From the human T2T-CHM13v2.0 reference genome, Homo sapiens, in the NCBI RefSeq assembly GCF_009914755.1, contig NC_060928.1: a DNA stretch of 64,000 nucleotides; one strand, given 5' to 3'. The translations under genes and the position numbers were made by a program. Below, one piece after another: positions 24,248-37,344 of this stretch. The notes beneath the pieces are model-generated. The model worked only from the letters and a program-made list of their open reading frames with translations. It searched no databases and was not told where the DNA came from. Within the stretch, counting starts at the first letter, position 1, and every line of letters begins with the position of its first letter.

Positions 24248-25859
24248 TCCCTGCTCTCTGTCTTCACATGCATTCCCCTCTCCCTGGCACGCAGCAGGCC
24301 TGGCCCGATGGTGGGATTCCGGTGGAGCTGGGTGTGCACCAGGTGGACCGGGAGGGCCATGGCCAGAAGGAAATGCTCGCCCTGTTCTTGGTGTTGAGTC
24401 GTCTCCTCTGCTCAGCGGAGTCACCTCTGTCTCTTTGCCCCTATTTGTCGTTGACTCACTGCAGCCTTTCCTGCATGGAACGGGAAAGAGGGTCCCCACT
24501 TCTGAAGCACATAGGAAGGGGCGGCTCCCCTGGGAACAGGGGCTGTGCTCCTCCCAGCCTCCAGAACCTGCCAATCTCCGTTCTTGGAGCTGACAACTCC
24601 CAGCTTGGCTAAACCCCAGCAGCACTGCGAAGGCTTCTCCACTTGGAACAAGCTTGGGGGGTGAGTTTCTCCAGCTCATGCACTCCCCCCGAGTGGTTAT
24701 TTATCCCCAAAGTCATTCCGAAGATTCATGGGTAAGGGCTTTCAGCGGCCTCCTATTCCCCGCAGATGCCAGCCTGCCTGGTGGAATGCGGCGCTGCTCC
24801 TGCAGGAGTGGACGGCGTTCCATCTTCGCCACCACACCCGCTGCTCCGTCCCTGCCCCTCGGTCGCTGTTGCATATTAAGTGCAGGGTGCCCGGCAGGCC
24901 TGCCAAGGCCTTTTCAGGGCCCATGTGTTCTCAGGGGAGATGAAAAGCGTGAAGCAGGCGTGGTGTGGGTTGGCCTTGGCACTGCACCCCTGGTTCCAAG
25001 CACTGAGGGCCCCCTGGAATCCCCCTGGGAAGACTGAAGGCCCAGCAGACCCCACTCTGTGCGGTTGCCCCTACTCTGACACTCTCACCCATTCCTACCC
25101 TGACTCCCACCTACCTCCCCCAACTCTTGTTTAAACAATTAGGGGTGAACTGTTTTCGGCCATTGGGAAAAGGAGGCTGCAGCCGGGACAGGCTGCTCAG
25201 CAGCTTTTGTTCTGCTCAAGAGCAGGGTTTTCAGAATCTTGGTGAGGGAGTGTGTGCTTAATATGCCAGTCAGCGAGGCTGGACCTGAGTACCCAGCCCA
25301 GCCCGCCGCCCCTTCCTTGGCCAATTGGCTGAGAAGTGGGCAGTTGGAAGGGGGGTGGCTGGAGGGGGGTGGAGTAAGCCACCATGGGAACCCAAGGTGG
25401 CCGCCTACCTGGGCCCAGTGAGCTCAGAGTTCAGCAAGCGTGGATGGGGCCGAGGGTCCTGTCTCCTGGCAAACCAATGGGGTGTGGACAGTGAGAGTGG
25501 GCGGGAGGCTGGGCCGCTTCTTCCCCCTTCCCCCTGGAAGCTGCAGGAGCCTGGATGCAGGTCCCTTCTGGTCCCAGTCACCTCCCTACCCTCCCCAGCT
25601 GGTTACCTCCTCCAACAGGGTCTCTTTGGGTAGAAAACAGGCAAAGCCACAGTGGTCCACCCCCCACCCCGGCTTGGCTTACCTGGACCTGGTGCGCCAT
25701 GGATGTGGACATGCGGTTCTCATCCCTGCTGCACACCGGAGGTGGCCTGGAGCTCCTTGCTCCTCCGGGATGCCCGTTTCAGGACTGATATGGAATTTTT
25801 CTGGTGGAACAATTAGGTTAGCACAGTCTGATGTAATTTCTTTCTGAAATAACTTGGGC

Positions 25860-26010
25860 TTTAGAGTCAGAAAGACCTGGATTCCACTCTGGCTCTTGCT
25901 AGTTGCGTGGCCTCGGATGATTCCTCAGGGTCTTTGGTTTCTCCATCTGTGAAGTGGGACCAATGTTAGTGCCTCCCAGTGCAAGGTCATGGTGAAGATT
26001 TCAAATGTGC
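25860..26010 (+). mobile_element. MIR
   Basis: ctttagagtcagaaagacctggattcc...tttctccatctgtgaagtggg...gtcatggtgaagatttcaaatg. Confidence 0.75.
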
Positions 26011-26726
26011 ACAGACGCGAGAGTGTCAGCCATTGCTATTGGTGGTGGTGGTGTTATGGTCGCCCCCAGCTCCAGTGCCCAGAGCGGAGCCTGATGTGGG
26101 GCAAGCGCTTGGTGAGTGTAGAACTGAAATCAGTGACCCTCTGCTGGGTGGAGAGATGAGTCCCAGCCTGGGGTTTAGGGACATGGGTGCTGTCCCTGCC
26201 GTGAGGAGTGAAGGGCAGGCAGGACAACTCCCCCTTTACAGATGAGGAAACTGACTTTCAGAGATGGCAACTGACTTGTTCAGGGTTGCCCAGCTGGGCT
26301 CAAGTGCTAAGAGTAAATGCAATGTTGCATGTCACAGACTGGCGGCGTTTGGTACCCAGCCTTGCCGTGATACTCCCGGGGTGCATTTTGCCTTGATGCC
26401 TGGTTCTGTCAGTCAGAAAGGGATTGTGCCAAATCCCTGGGTATCTGGGAATTCCCTGAGACTCCAGTTTAAGGGGGCTTCATGCAACTTAGCAGTCATT
26501 CCACACTATGCAATTTCAGTCCTGGGTGAGTACTGACAGCAGCCACAGCCGTGCAGAAAATGCACACGTGAGTGCTGCATCATTCTATGGCCTGGGTCCT
26601 CTGTGTCCCAACACATGTTCCCCTGGATTCTGGGTACCTGGTCACATCCATGTAAGGAACCCCCATCCACCTGTGCCCTTTGGCACTCTGACCAAACACA
26701 TCCGGATCCCTCCAGGGTGTTATTAT

Positions 26727-26959
26727 GGCTTAAATGAACCCACAGATCTCACCCAGGGCTTAAATGAACCCGCAGATCTCACCCGGGGCTTAAATGAACC
26801 CACACATCTCACCCGGGGCTTAAATGAACCCACACGTCTCACCTGGGGCTTAAATGAACCCACACGTCTCATCTGGGGCTTAAATGAACCCACACATCTC
26901 ACCTGGGGCTTAAATGAACCCACAGATCTCACTCAGGGCTTAAATGAACCACAGATCTT
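26727..26959. repeat. 30-bp VNTR minisatellite, ~8 copies
   Basis: Unit ggcttaaatgaacccacagatctcacccag, exact period 30. Confidence 0.98.
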
Positions 26960-28769
26960 GTCTGTGGCTCAAAGCCAAAGTGTTGGTGCCAGGGACTGGG
27001 GTTTCTGTTCCCATGTTGCCTTGGGCCTTTGCTGCTCTAATCCAAAGGAGCAGTGATGGGAAGAGCCAGGTAGCATCTGGAGGGAGATGGGGCTGGGGAA
27101 TCTGCACTCTGAGATCCGAGCCTTCCCTTCCCTGGTGAGAGATGCTCCTCATGAGCTGTGAGCGTGCGCTTTGGATGTGGAGTGTGCACACGATGGCCAT
27201 GATGAGGGCCTGGAACTCTTTCGCCGTGACTCGGCTGTGCCTTCCACCAGCAACTCTCCACCTCCCCACAGCCTCCTGCCATCTCTGGAGGCACAGTCCT
27301 CCCTCCGTCCAGGCTCTACCCGCTTGCCTCCTCCTCCAGGGTCCCCTTCCTTATTCCCCAGCTAGAAGTGGGTTCCTCTCCCTCCTGGCCCTCTGTGCCT
27401 TTACAGGGGCTCAGGAAGTGTCTGCATAACAAGCCAAGGTGAGAAGGCCAGTGAGATGTTTGGTGAGGGGAGCAGTGGGCCTACCTGACCTGATTAGGCC
27501 TTCACATGTCCACAGTTGCTTTCTGAGCCCAGGGGTCACCAACAAGACCCCAGGTGTGGCAGGTAGGAGCACGGGAGTGTGGTGTGGCCTGAGTACAGAA
27601 TTAGGAAGGCTTCAACCACCCATGATGTGTTTTCATTGCAGCCCAATGTGACTAAGAATTACATACTGTAAACGGATGTTTCTATCTTTAATTTTTTTTT
27701 TTTTGCCTTTATTGGAGGCTTTACTGTTTCTGGGTAATGAAATCCATTATCTGGTTTTCAGTGGAATACTTAGAAGAGAAAATTATTGGAATGAATAAAC
27801 AATGCAATATTTGTACCTAAACATTCCTTTAAAATATAATGAAAAACTTTTTGTCAACACTTGCAGGGTTTTGGTTGTTTGGCCAACCATAAACGGCATC
27901 GTAAAACAAAGCAAAGAAGCAAGTTTGTTAATCTTCATGAGGACTATTCCTGTGCGTTTTCTGTGGAGGATTTGGAACATAAACAGGGCGTGTTAGGGTT
28001 GCTGGAGGGACGGGAGGGGCAGCGCTTTTTGTTTTGGAGGATGTCAAAGCCAAGGCTACGAGAGTGCTGGAGGTGGGCAGCGGGGCGCGGCCTGGGGGAC
28101 CTGGCGACCCTGGCGAGGGGCCTGCTTCTTTGCTGAGCCCCAGCTCCTCATCTTTGAACTGGGGATGCAGGTGATGTTTCCTGGGGAAGCCGCCTTGGAG
28201 GACCACTGCGTGGTCAGATAAGCTGGTGGGTGGGAAAGTGCTGAGCAGAGGCGGAAGGCCTGCACCCTGGTGACAGCTCCCACTCAGATCCTAGGAGGGC
28301 GCGACTCTGTCCTGTCAGCAACGGGATCCCCCCAAACTCCTTACTCCATGTATGACAGGAAGAGTCCCTCTGGGGAAGGGACAGCCCTGGGAAGGGGTGT
28401 CAAGGGAGCAGGGTGTCTTCCCCACCTGAGAGCCGAGCCCCATCATACACACAGCCCCGGGGGCCATGGGTTTCATGAAAGGTCTGGCCGGGCCTGAGCC
28501 CGGATCCCAGCTTAGCCACCGACTGTGTGTGGCCCCCCTACCGAGGGAGGCTACACAACCCCAGGCTGCTCTCGGGAAAGCTGGTGATTCCATGATCGCA
28601 TGGGGTCCTTGCGGGGCTCAGCTGAGAGGCTGTGTGTGGAGGGTGTTTTGTCAGTTGGAGAGTGCTCTACACACGCTAAAGTTCCAGGCCAGCAACTCCT
28701 TCTGCAGGTGTACAGGTCACCGTGGGGGGGGCCCTGGGATGGATTCAGACGTTATAATCACCACACCAG

Positions 28770-28920
28770 GTGCGTGTCCTAGCTGTGTGACTTTGGTCAA
28801 GTTACTTAACCTCTCTGGACCTCCAATTCCTCATCTGTAATAAAGAAGATGATGACCTTTCCGTGCCAGTGTCCTGTGAGAATTGAAGACAGCATCTGTG
28901 AAGTGCCTGGCCTGCCAAAA
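28770..28920 (+). mobile_element. MIR
   Basis: ctagctgtgtgactttggtcaagttacttaacctctctggacctccaattcctcatctgtaa. Confidence 0.85.
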
Positions 28921-29409
28921 GCCTTCTGGAACAGTAGTGATGATCACTGTCATCGTGTGTGACCCTGGGCTGTGTGCCTGTCTTGTCTCATTCTCAGTTT
29001 TCTCATCTGTGAAAGGACAGAATTTGACTAGTCTATTTTTTAAGGTCCTTGTTCTTTATTCGATTTTATTCCTCTTTCCAGGTGTACACTACTTTTTTAG
29101 TAATTATAATATTTGAAGCCCAATGCTTTAATCAGACTTTGGCAAAAATAACTGATCACCTTAAGAAGACAAATGTTCCAGAGATTGGAGAATTCCATTC
29201 GTGGCCTGAGAAAGGCTGGCTTCTGTGTTAGGCCAGGGTATGAGGATAGCTCAGGGGGTGGGAACCCTGAGAGCTTGTGTCTGGCACTGTAGGGATGGGG
29301 ACTTGATGAGCCATTGGATTAGGCCAGCAGGGTTTTAGCCAGAAGTATCATGGGCCCCTTGATTTTTACTGTAAGTCAGTTTGGCACTGGTATGTGGGAT
29401 TATGCAGTT

Positions 29410-29940
29410 TGTATCAGTCAGGATAGGTAGATAGTGCTGCAGTAACAAACAGCCCCAAATCTCAGTGGCTTAAAAGAATCATATTCTATTATCTCATGGT
29501 TATATGGGTTAACTGGATCCCCTGAATAGTTCTTGCTTGCTTGTGTTCAGATGGTGGCTGGGACTGGAGTCCTTTGAGGCTCAACCGGGCTGGGTGTCCA
29601 AGCTGGTTTCTTCACTGACATTTTAAGTACCTGGGCTGGAATGGCTGGAAGAGCTTGGGACTGGCTGGTGTCACTCTCTCTCCTGCAGCCTCTTCATGTG
29701 GCTTGGGCTTCCTCACAGCATGGTGGTCCCAAGAGTGACTGTTCCAAGAGTGGAAGTGGAAAAAAAAGTGGAAGCCACCTATGTCTTAAGGCTGAAACCA
29801 GAAGCTGGCACAGTGTCCCTTCAGCTGTCTTCTGTGGGCCGAGAAGTTGCAGAGCAAGCCCAGGTTCAAGGGGAGGGGACATATTCACCTTTTGATGAGA
29901 GGAGTATCAGAGAATTTGTGGCCATCCTTACTGTGCCACT
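29410..29940 (-). mobile_element. old MLT1 (J/K-like) MaLR LTR
   Basis: tgtatcagtcaggataggt...gctgcagtaacaaacagccccaaatctcagtggcttaaa...gggcttcctcacagcatggtgg...caggttcaaggggaggggacata. Confidence 0.75.
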
Positions 29941-30019
29941 GTCATTTGTGAGGGCTTCTAGGGCGCCAGGTCCTTGTCTAGGGGCTTTTCTGTGTCACTT
30001 CATTCATGCCTCTGTGACA

Positions 30020-30140
30020 TCCTGGTAGATGGGACTATCACAGTCCCCATTTTACAGATGAGGAACTAAAGGTGGACGGGGAAGTAACTTGCTCAAGCCC
30101 TCGCACAAAGCACGTGGTGGAGCTGGATTCAAACACAGAA
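30020..30140 (-). mobile_element. MIR
   Basis: ccccattttacagatgaggaactaaagg...aagtaacttgctcaag...gagctggattcaaac. Confidence 0.8.
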
Positions 30141-30347
30141 CTCCCTTCCCCTCCTGCGGTATTGACATGTGCAGTATAGACGACAAGAAAAAAGATGCCA
30201 GGACCCGCAGGTTTCCTCTCTCTGGTAAAAGCTGGATTTATCCACTCAGATTTGCTCTATGTGGCCCCTGAGCAGGGCCCACGGTGCGTGTGAGCATGCC
30301 CTCAGCAGGCTGAGGCAGGAGTGAGTCTTCTCTAAGAAAGAGGGGTA

Positions 30348-30679
<332 letters not shown>

Positions 30680-33600
30680 TCAGCAATTCTCCCACCACCT
30701 GGGCCTCTTTGTCTTTGAAGGTTTCTTTTCTGCAGGCTGCTCTATGCGTCATTTAAAAAACCCCCACGGATCCCCTTTAACGGGAAACACGCTGGCTCTT
30801 CTGGTGTGGTTTCAAGTCAGCCAGCTTATTCCAGAGACATTTCGTTGTGAGTATTAATAAAAACAACATGCATTTTTGTATGTTTCCATAGAGACTTTCC
30901 AAGATTTATGTCCCTGAGACATATCGTTGGATCCTGTGGAATAACTACGTTCCCAGCGTCCCGTGATATTCTGCAGGTCTCCCCGGCTGAGAGGCAGATG
31001 TTGAGGCCATTTGTGTATGAACAAGAAAAGGACAGACTCAACCGGCCTTGGGGTCTTTCATGTATTCGGGGAGTGCGAGGTGTCAGGGTACAAAGAGGCG
31101 AGGCCGAGGAACAGCTGGGCAGGCAGCGCTTTTGCGGCTGCAGTTGGGGCTGCTTGAAAGTGGACTGTGTCTGCCAAGAACAGTGGGTTCCCTTTCACTT
31201 TGTTACTTAATAGGAGAAACCCAGGCTTTCGCTGAAGGCGAGAAGAACGGGGCCTTTTAATATGGACTCGTTGCCGGAACCGCCACGACACCAGGGCAGG
31301 CTGGCCAGTGGGCGCAGGGCCAGCCACCAGAGGCAACGAGGAATTCTGGTGAGGACGCTGGAGTGGGCATTAGGAGGGTAGAATTCTTGTCCCTGTCTGC
31401 CACCAAAGACTGGGTGACTTGGGCTAAGACAGAGCTCTGTGGGTCCCAGTATCCTTGTCTGTAAAATGGGTGCATTGGGATAATAGCCTTTGATTTGCAG
31501 GTGACTGAAGCCCAATTCAAAGTAGCATGAGAAGAAAAGAGGACTATATATGACTTTGCATCATGGAAAGTTTCAAGGGTAGTGGCCAGCTTCAGGTGTG
31601 GCTTGTTCCAGGGGCTCAAACAATGCCTTCTGAGCTCTGCCTCTTTTCTTGCTCTCTGGTCTCTGCTAAGGGATTTGCTCTGGAGGTAGTAAGGAGTCAT
31701 CATAAAATTTTATTAGGGAATTGAACAAATTTTTTAAATTAAAACAAATATACATACGAATATTCAAAACGTGGAGAGAGGGTTGGGGGGACCAGGACTG
31801 ATTTTCACCTTGTCCAGTTGTTAGAACATCTCACATTGTAGTGTACAGGAGGGCTCACTGTAAGCCGTAATGTGCTGTTCTCAAGACTAGGAGTTATTGC
31901 AACATGATAGCAAGCAAGTACTGGATCAAGATGACCAGGATTCTGACCTTGGCTCTGACACTTTCACAGGTTCTGTGGCTCTGGGAGGGAGTGCGCTCCT
32001 GCCTAAGCCTCAGTGTCCCTTTGGGTAAATGGGTATGATAGGATCTGCCACACTCCCAGGCATCACGTCTGCATTCCAGGCAGGAAGAAGGGGATGGGGA
32101 GGTGAGAAGTCCTCCAGAGACAAGGTTTTTTAAAAAGCGATCCCAGAACCCCCACCATGTGACTTTGCTTATGTCTTGTTGGTCGCAGCTGGATCACATG
32201 GCCACCTCTACAGCTCCTTTGGAGTCCAGGAAGCAGGTGTCTCAGCTGAGCACATTGCATCCGGGACAGAATTGGGTTTGGGTGGCAAGGAGAAAGGGGA
32301 AAGCAGGGACTGGGCAGCCCACATTCTGGGGGCAGGACCTAATGATGACAGCGGCCAGTACTTATGACACACACCCCTCTGGCTGAGCCTCCTCTAAACG
32401 TATGGTGCCAGTCATATCACTTGCAAGGTGGAAAAGGGTCTGGGAAGGCCTCGAGTCACTCAACTCCCCGACCCCTGCAGTACCACCCTCAGCAGTGAGC
32501 CCCTCACCCCTGGCCTGAGTCATGTTGCAGAGCTGAGATACTACCTGGCATCTGGGGGGCCTCAGCACTTGTGGAAGCTGGGGAGTCGCCAAGGAGGCCC
32601 GAGGCAGGAGAGTGGGAGGGCAGGGTCTTCCAGAGAGAGGGTGAGCAGGGGCTCTGGGGGAGGAAACTGCAGGAACTGAGGGGCCAGTGTGGCTGGGAGG
32701 GAGGGCATGCTGGGGCCAGGTGTGGGCAGGATGGGCCCGGGTGGGGCAGGGCAGAGCTCAGGGGCCGGCAGTGCATGGATTTAGAGCAAACCGCAAGACT
32801 CTGGGGGCTGGCCAGGAGGGTGGTCCGTGCTTCTCACCCCCTTCTCTTTTTTTGGAATGTTCCTATGATGGTTGAACTTTTTCATTGAACATGTGTTACT
32901 TTTATAACACAAAAGAAATAATAGAGTGATTTGACTTTTGAAAATAAAGGCTCTACATACTTCCCCAAATGTCTTTGCACCAGACAGCGACTCTTTATTA
33001 GCTCCACCTTCACAAGCCCTGAGTGACCGTGCAATTCATCACCCAAACCAGGATGCTTCTGAGAGGGGCTGGGGGTGCGGGAGGGATTGGCATTGTGCCG
33101 GTCTGACAGGCGTCAGCCAGGACTGTTGCAGGCATGGAGGGCCCTTCCTCACCTAAACCCCAAACAGATGAGGCTTCTAAAAATTATTATAGATGAAAAT
33201 CTCCAACCAGCCTGGTTCCTCATGAGTGGCAATCCAAAATCATTATTGCATTCCGTTTAGAAAAAATTGAAACTGTCGAATGGAAAATCCCCCTTAGCTG
33301 GCTGGGTACGTGGCGTTATCTCTGTTCCCCAGATGGAGCCTCAGGAAGCTGCATGACTGTCCCAGCTCAGAGCCAGCATTTGGGACGGAGGCCACAGCTT
33401 GGACCCCTGACACTGCCTGGACTCAGCCCCTGAATCCCCCAGCTGGGCTCAGCCCCCCATGGCTGGTTTTTCCTAATTCAAGAGGCACCTGGAGGATCAA
33501 GGGTGTCCTGGTGATCACAAAGCCTGGCCGTCCCGGCCTTTGAGGTCTCCTGAGCAGCCGGGCTAAGGATGCCAGGTCTTATCGCCATCCCTGCCTCAGA

Positions 33601-34298
33601 CTCCCTTGTCCCCAGGAGCCCTCCCAACAAGGTTTGCTGCAGGGACAACCTGAGCCTCGCCGGGGAGGAGAGACCCTGGGGCAGCTCTGGGGTCCAGGGC
33701 CCCAAGGCTCCATCCTGAATCTGTGGCCCTGTGTCCCTGCCTGCCTCTGGTCCCCTGCCTATGACATATTCAGTTTATTCTGAGCAGTGACACGGGCCGT
33801 CCCCCTGTTCTCATTAGGGATCTGTAGCTCATTCCAGGCCCAGCGAAGGCACTACAGAAGAGGGATGGTGTTCCCTGCAGGGGTGCACGAGGACCCCTCT
33901 GGTGCCTGCCTTTGTTCCCCCACTGAGTGCCGGGGCGGAGGAGGTGTCCAGGGGGCAGGTGGCCAGGGCGCCCCCAGCTCCCTCCCAGATGAGGTGGTGT
34001 CATAGGAAGGATTCAGGGGCCCACAGGGTCACTGGGGAGGAGGTGGCATGAGCCAGGCTGTGAAGGCAGTGCTCTATGGTGAGAGGTGCCCAGCTCCTGA
34101 GGGGCCAGGGAGGATGTGCTGGCAAGGCAGCCCCTCCAGGTGGGCAGGAGGCCCCTGCCTTGCAGGAGGGTACACGCACTGAATCCACCTCCTGAAGAAG
34201 TCACGGGATTCCGTGGATGGAATTTGCCTCTTCCTGCAGCTAGGTGCTGGTTCCTTGTGACCCGGGTCCCAGGCAGCTTTGTTCTCCAGGGTAAGAGT

Positions 34299-35049
34299 TA
34301 TATGAAAAAAATCTCAGCATTGCTCTTCATCAGAGAAATCCAAATCAAAACCACAATAAGATATCATCTCACCCCAGTCAGAATGGCTAGTATTAAAAAG
34401 ACAAAAAGTAACAGATGTTGGCATGGATGCAGAGAAGAGGGAACTCTTAGGCACCGTTGGTGGGAATGTAAATTAGTTCAGCCACTGTGGAAAACAGTAT
34501 GGGGATTTCTCAAAGAGCTAAAAATAGAACAATCATTAGCTCCAGCAATGCTACTATTGAGCATCTACCCGAAGGAAAGGATCAGTGCATCAAAAATATA
34601 CCTATTCGTATGTGTATTGCAGCACTGTTCACAGCAGCAAAGATATAGAATCAAACTAAGTGTCCATCCATGATGAATGGATAAAGGAAATGTGGTCTAG
34701 ACACACCATGGAATACTATTCTGCCATAAAAAAGTATGAAAGCATATCTTTTGCAGCAACATAGATGGAGCTGGAAATCATTATCTTAAGTGAAACAAGC
34801 AAGGTACAGAGAGTCAGATATAGCATGATCTCACTCATAAGTGGGTACTAAGAAGTGTGTGTCCATGGACTTATGAGTGTGGAGTGATAGACAGTGGAGA
34901 CTCGCATGGGTGGCAGGAGCATGATGACAAGTTGGTCAATGGGTATAATGTACATTATTTGGGTGATGGATACACCCACTATACCATCTATGTGTATAAC
35001 AAAATTGCACATGTGCCCTATAAATCTGTACAAATAAAAAGGAAAAAAA
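34299..35049 (+). mobile_element. 5'-truncated L1MA-type element (ORF2 C-terminus plus 3'UTR)
   Basis: Translates [58 protein letters not shown], the L1 ORF2 C-terminal Cys-rich region. Ends aataaaaaggaaaaaaag. Confidence 0.95.
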
Positions 35050-35394
35050 GAGGGGCGGGCTGACACCCAGGGCCTTGGGAATTCCATGGACGTGACTTTG
35101 GATGCTCTGAGCAGTGCTGGCTGTATGGGCTTGGGCCGGTGACTGGGCCTGCTTGGACCTCGGGTTCTGCATCAGGAGGATTCTAATAACAGTGACTGTG
35201 CAGTGCTGTTGAGAGCAGAGTCTCTCACATCTCCATGCACACAGCCCCCGGGGACCTGTCAGAGTGCAGATCTGACTCAGTAGGTTTGGGCCGGCTGTGT
35301 TCCCATGAGGTCCCAGGGGATCCGATGCTACATCTGCAGCCCAAGCATGGGCAACGGGGAGAGCATGGGTGGGAGGTGTCTGCTGTGCACAGAT

Positions 35395-35468
35395 GAGTAT
35401 GTGAGCATGTGTGTGAGCATGAGTGTGTGAGAGTGAGTGTGTGAGCGTGCGTGAGAGAGTGTGACAGA
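35395..35468. repeat. degenerate (TG/GA)n repeat
   Basis: gtgagcatgtgtgtgagcatgagtgtgtgagagtgagtgtgtgag. Confidence 0.8.
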
Positions 35469-36197
35469 GTCCAGAAGGCAGGAATTGGCTTTCTCAAGCC
35501 TTCTCAGGCTTCCATTCACCCACCCATTCACTCAGCAAGGCACTGAGCGGTCAGGTCAGGTTCCTGCCCTAGCGGAGGTGACAGTCCCATGCAGAAGAAG
35601 GCAAGTGTAACCAGTGCTTCCCGGGCAGTTTCCGTGGGCCTTGGGAGAGTCTAACAGGTGGCTAAGCAGGGAGAGCTTCCTGGAGGAGGCGGCTTTCATC
35701 TGGGACCTAAAGGGAGATCCTTGTTCATCTTCATATTGTGCCGTAGTTCCTGGCAGACGCAGGAGCCTCAGTATGAATGGGCTCAGTGAAATAGAACTGA
35801 AGTGAGTTGGAGCGAATTGTCAGGGAGTGTGGGAGGCAGGAATGGGAGATGGCGTTGGAGAGAGGGTGTGCTGGGGAGGCGGCTGTGATGGGGGTCCAGC
35901 CCTTCTGAGTGGATGGATTGCTTGAGCCTGAAGCCTGATGCCTTCTCCCTGTCCACGTGGTCCAGAGACAGGCCTGAGTTCCGGGGCTCAAGAAGCTGGT
36001 TAGCCTCGTCTTCTCAGGCTTGGATCAGAGGTCAGGCGGGGGCCGGCTCCTGGGGAGCTTCTGCTCACAGCCATAACTGAGAAACCATCTGTTCCAATCT
36101 TTCATCTAACTAGGCCTGTGGTGTTATCTGTCCACCTGCCACAGACAGGCCAGGGCATGCCCTGGGCAGAGCGGCTGTGCAGTGGGGCCACTGGAGC

Positions 36198-36302
36198 CCC
36201 GGGGTTGGAGCGTGGGGACCCGGGGTTGGTGCGTGGGGACCCGGGGCTGGAGCGTGGGGACCCGGGATTGGTGCATGGGGACCCTGGGCTGGAGTGTGGG
36301 GT
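36198..36302. repeat. 21-bp G-rich minisatellite, ~5 copies
   Basis: Unit cccggggttggagcgtgggga. Confidence 0.93.
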
Positions 36303-36574
36303 CCTAGGTCTGGCCCCACTGGGGCTGGCCTTGCTGGGCAGGTCGTGCTGTCTCTCCAGGTCTCTGCCTCCTCACTTGCCTAGGGTCTACAAACTCGGAC
36401 CTCTTCAGGTGCCAGGAGGCCATGGGTGTCTGGGGCAAGTGTCCTGAAGAACAGCCCTAGGGCAGGGAGAGGCTCTTGAGAGTGGGGAGAGCGTGCCTGG
36501 TGAGCACATGCCCGCTCAGAGGGGACAGCACTTCTTTGCTCCAGCCAGGGCCGCCACGAGGGACCAGGGAGTGG

Positions 36575-36757
36575 CATTTCCAGATCTTTTGATTCTTCTA
36601 GAGAATCTGGAAGTCTGTATTGTAGGGGGCCTTCCTGGTTTTAAATGTTGACAACCAATTAAAAATTAAAAAACAAAAAACAAAACACCATGTGTGACAA
36701 ATAAAAGCCACCTCTGGCCGAGACTTGGCTCCTCAGATGGCAGTTTGCAGCCTCTGG
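36575..36757. mobile_element. hAT-family DNA transposon relic
   Basis: caaaacaccatgtgtgacaaataaaagccacctctggccgagacttggctcctcagatggcagtttgcagcctctg resembles hAT MER termini (gggccggatttggccc...cagtttgcgacctctg). Confidence 0.5.
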
Positions 36758-37344
36758 GCAGGAACTCTAAACTGTGGGGATATATTCAGTCATTCATTCA
36801 CTCATTCATTTATTCATTGAATACCCACAAATGCAAAGGCCCTTGCTAGGAACTGGGGGATTACAGAGCTGAACTGGAAATGGATTATGCCCTCCGGCTC
36901 GGAGCCCGGGAGGCAGGAAAACCCCAAATCTCGGATGCGAACGTAATGTGGTTACCATCAATAGCGGGGGAGCTGTGACAGCTAAGCCTGGCAGAAATCA
37001 GCTGCGTCTCGCATGATGGGGGGTTGGGACTATGGGGGTGTCGGGAAAGGGGGCGTCTAGCATGAGCAGACATGCTGGGGGCAGAGTGTGAGGTCTGTTG
37101 GGGGAAGAGTGGGGAGCTCGGTCTGGCAGAGCCAGATAGGGCTGGATGGGTTTGGGATCCAAGTGAATTGAATCTCCAGGCAGAGTGTGGGCACCGGCCC
37201 CAGCCACCCATTCCTAGCATCCTTTGGAAGTAGGTGTCATCGGTAGAGACTCGGGGGTCATTAATTTATGGCTCCTGGGCATTCACTGGTGATTTGAGAA
37301 GCTCAATAGGAACTTCTCAGTATTTCTAGAACAGGACAAGTTTT

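Noticed and set aside
24732-24765. GTAAGG...CGCAG mini-intron
   Set aside because: 34 nt is below the practical minimum for human spliceosomal introns.
26508-27056. 182-aa ORF with 10-aa repeats
   Set aside because: The length comes from a stop-free 30-bp VNTR. No recognisable domain or exon structure.
34116-34673. 185-aa ORF with a protein-like C-terminal part
   Set aside because: It is the decayed L1 ORF2 C-terminus of a truncated element, not a host gene.
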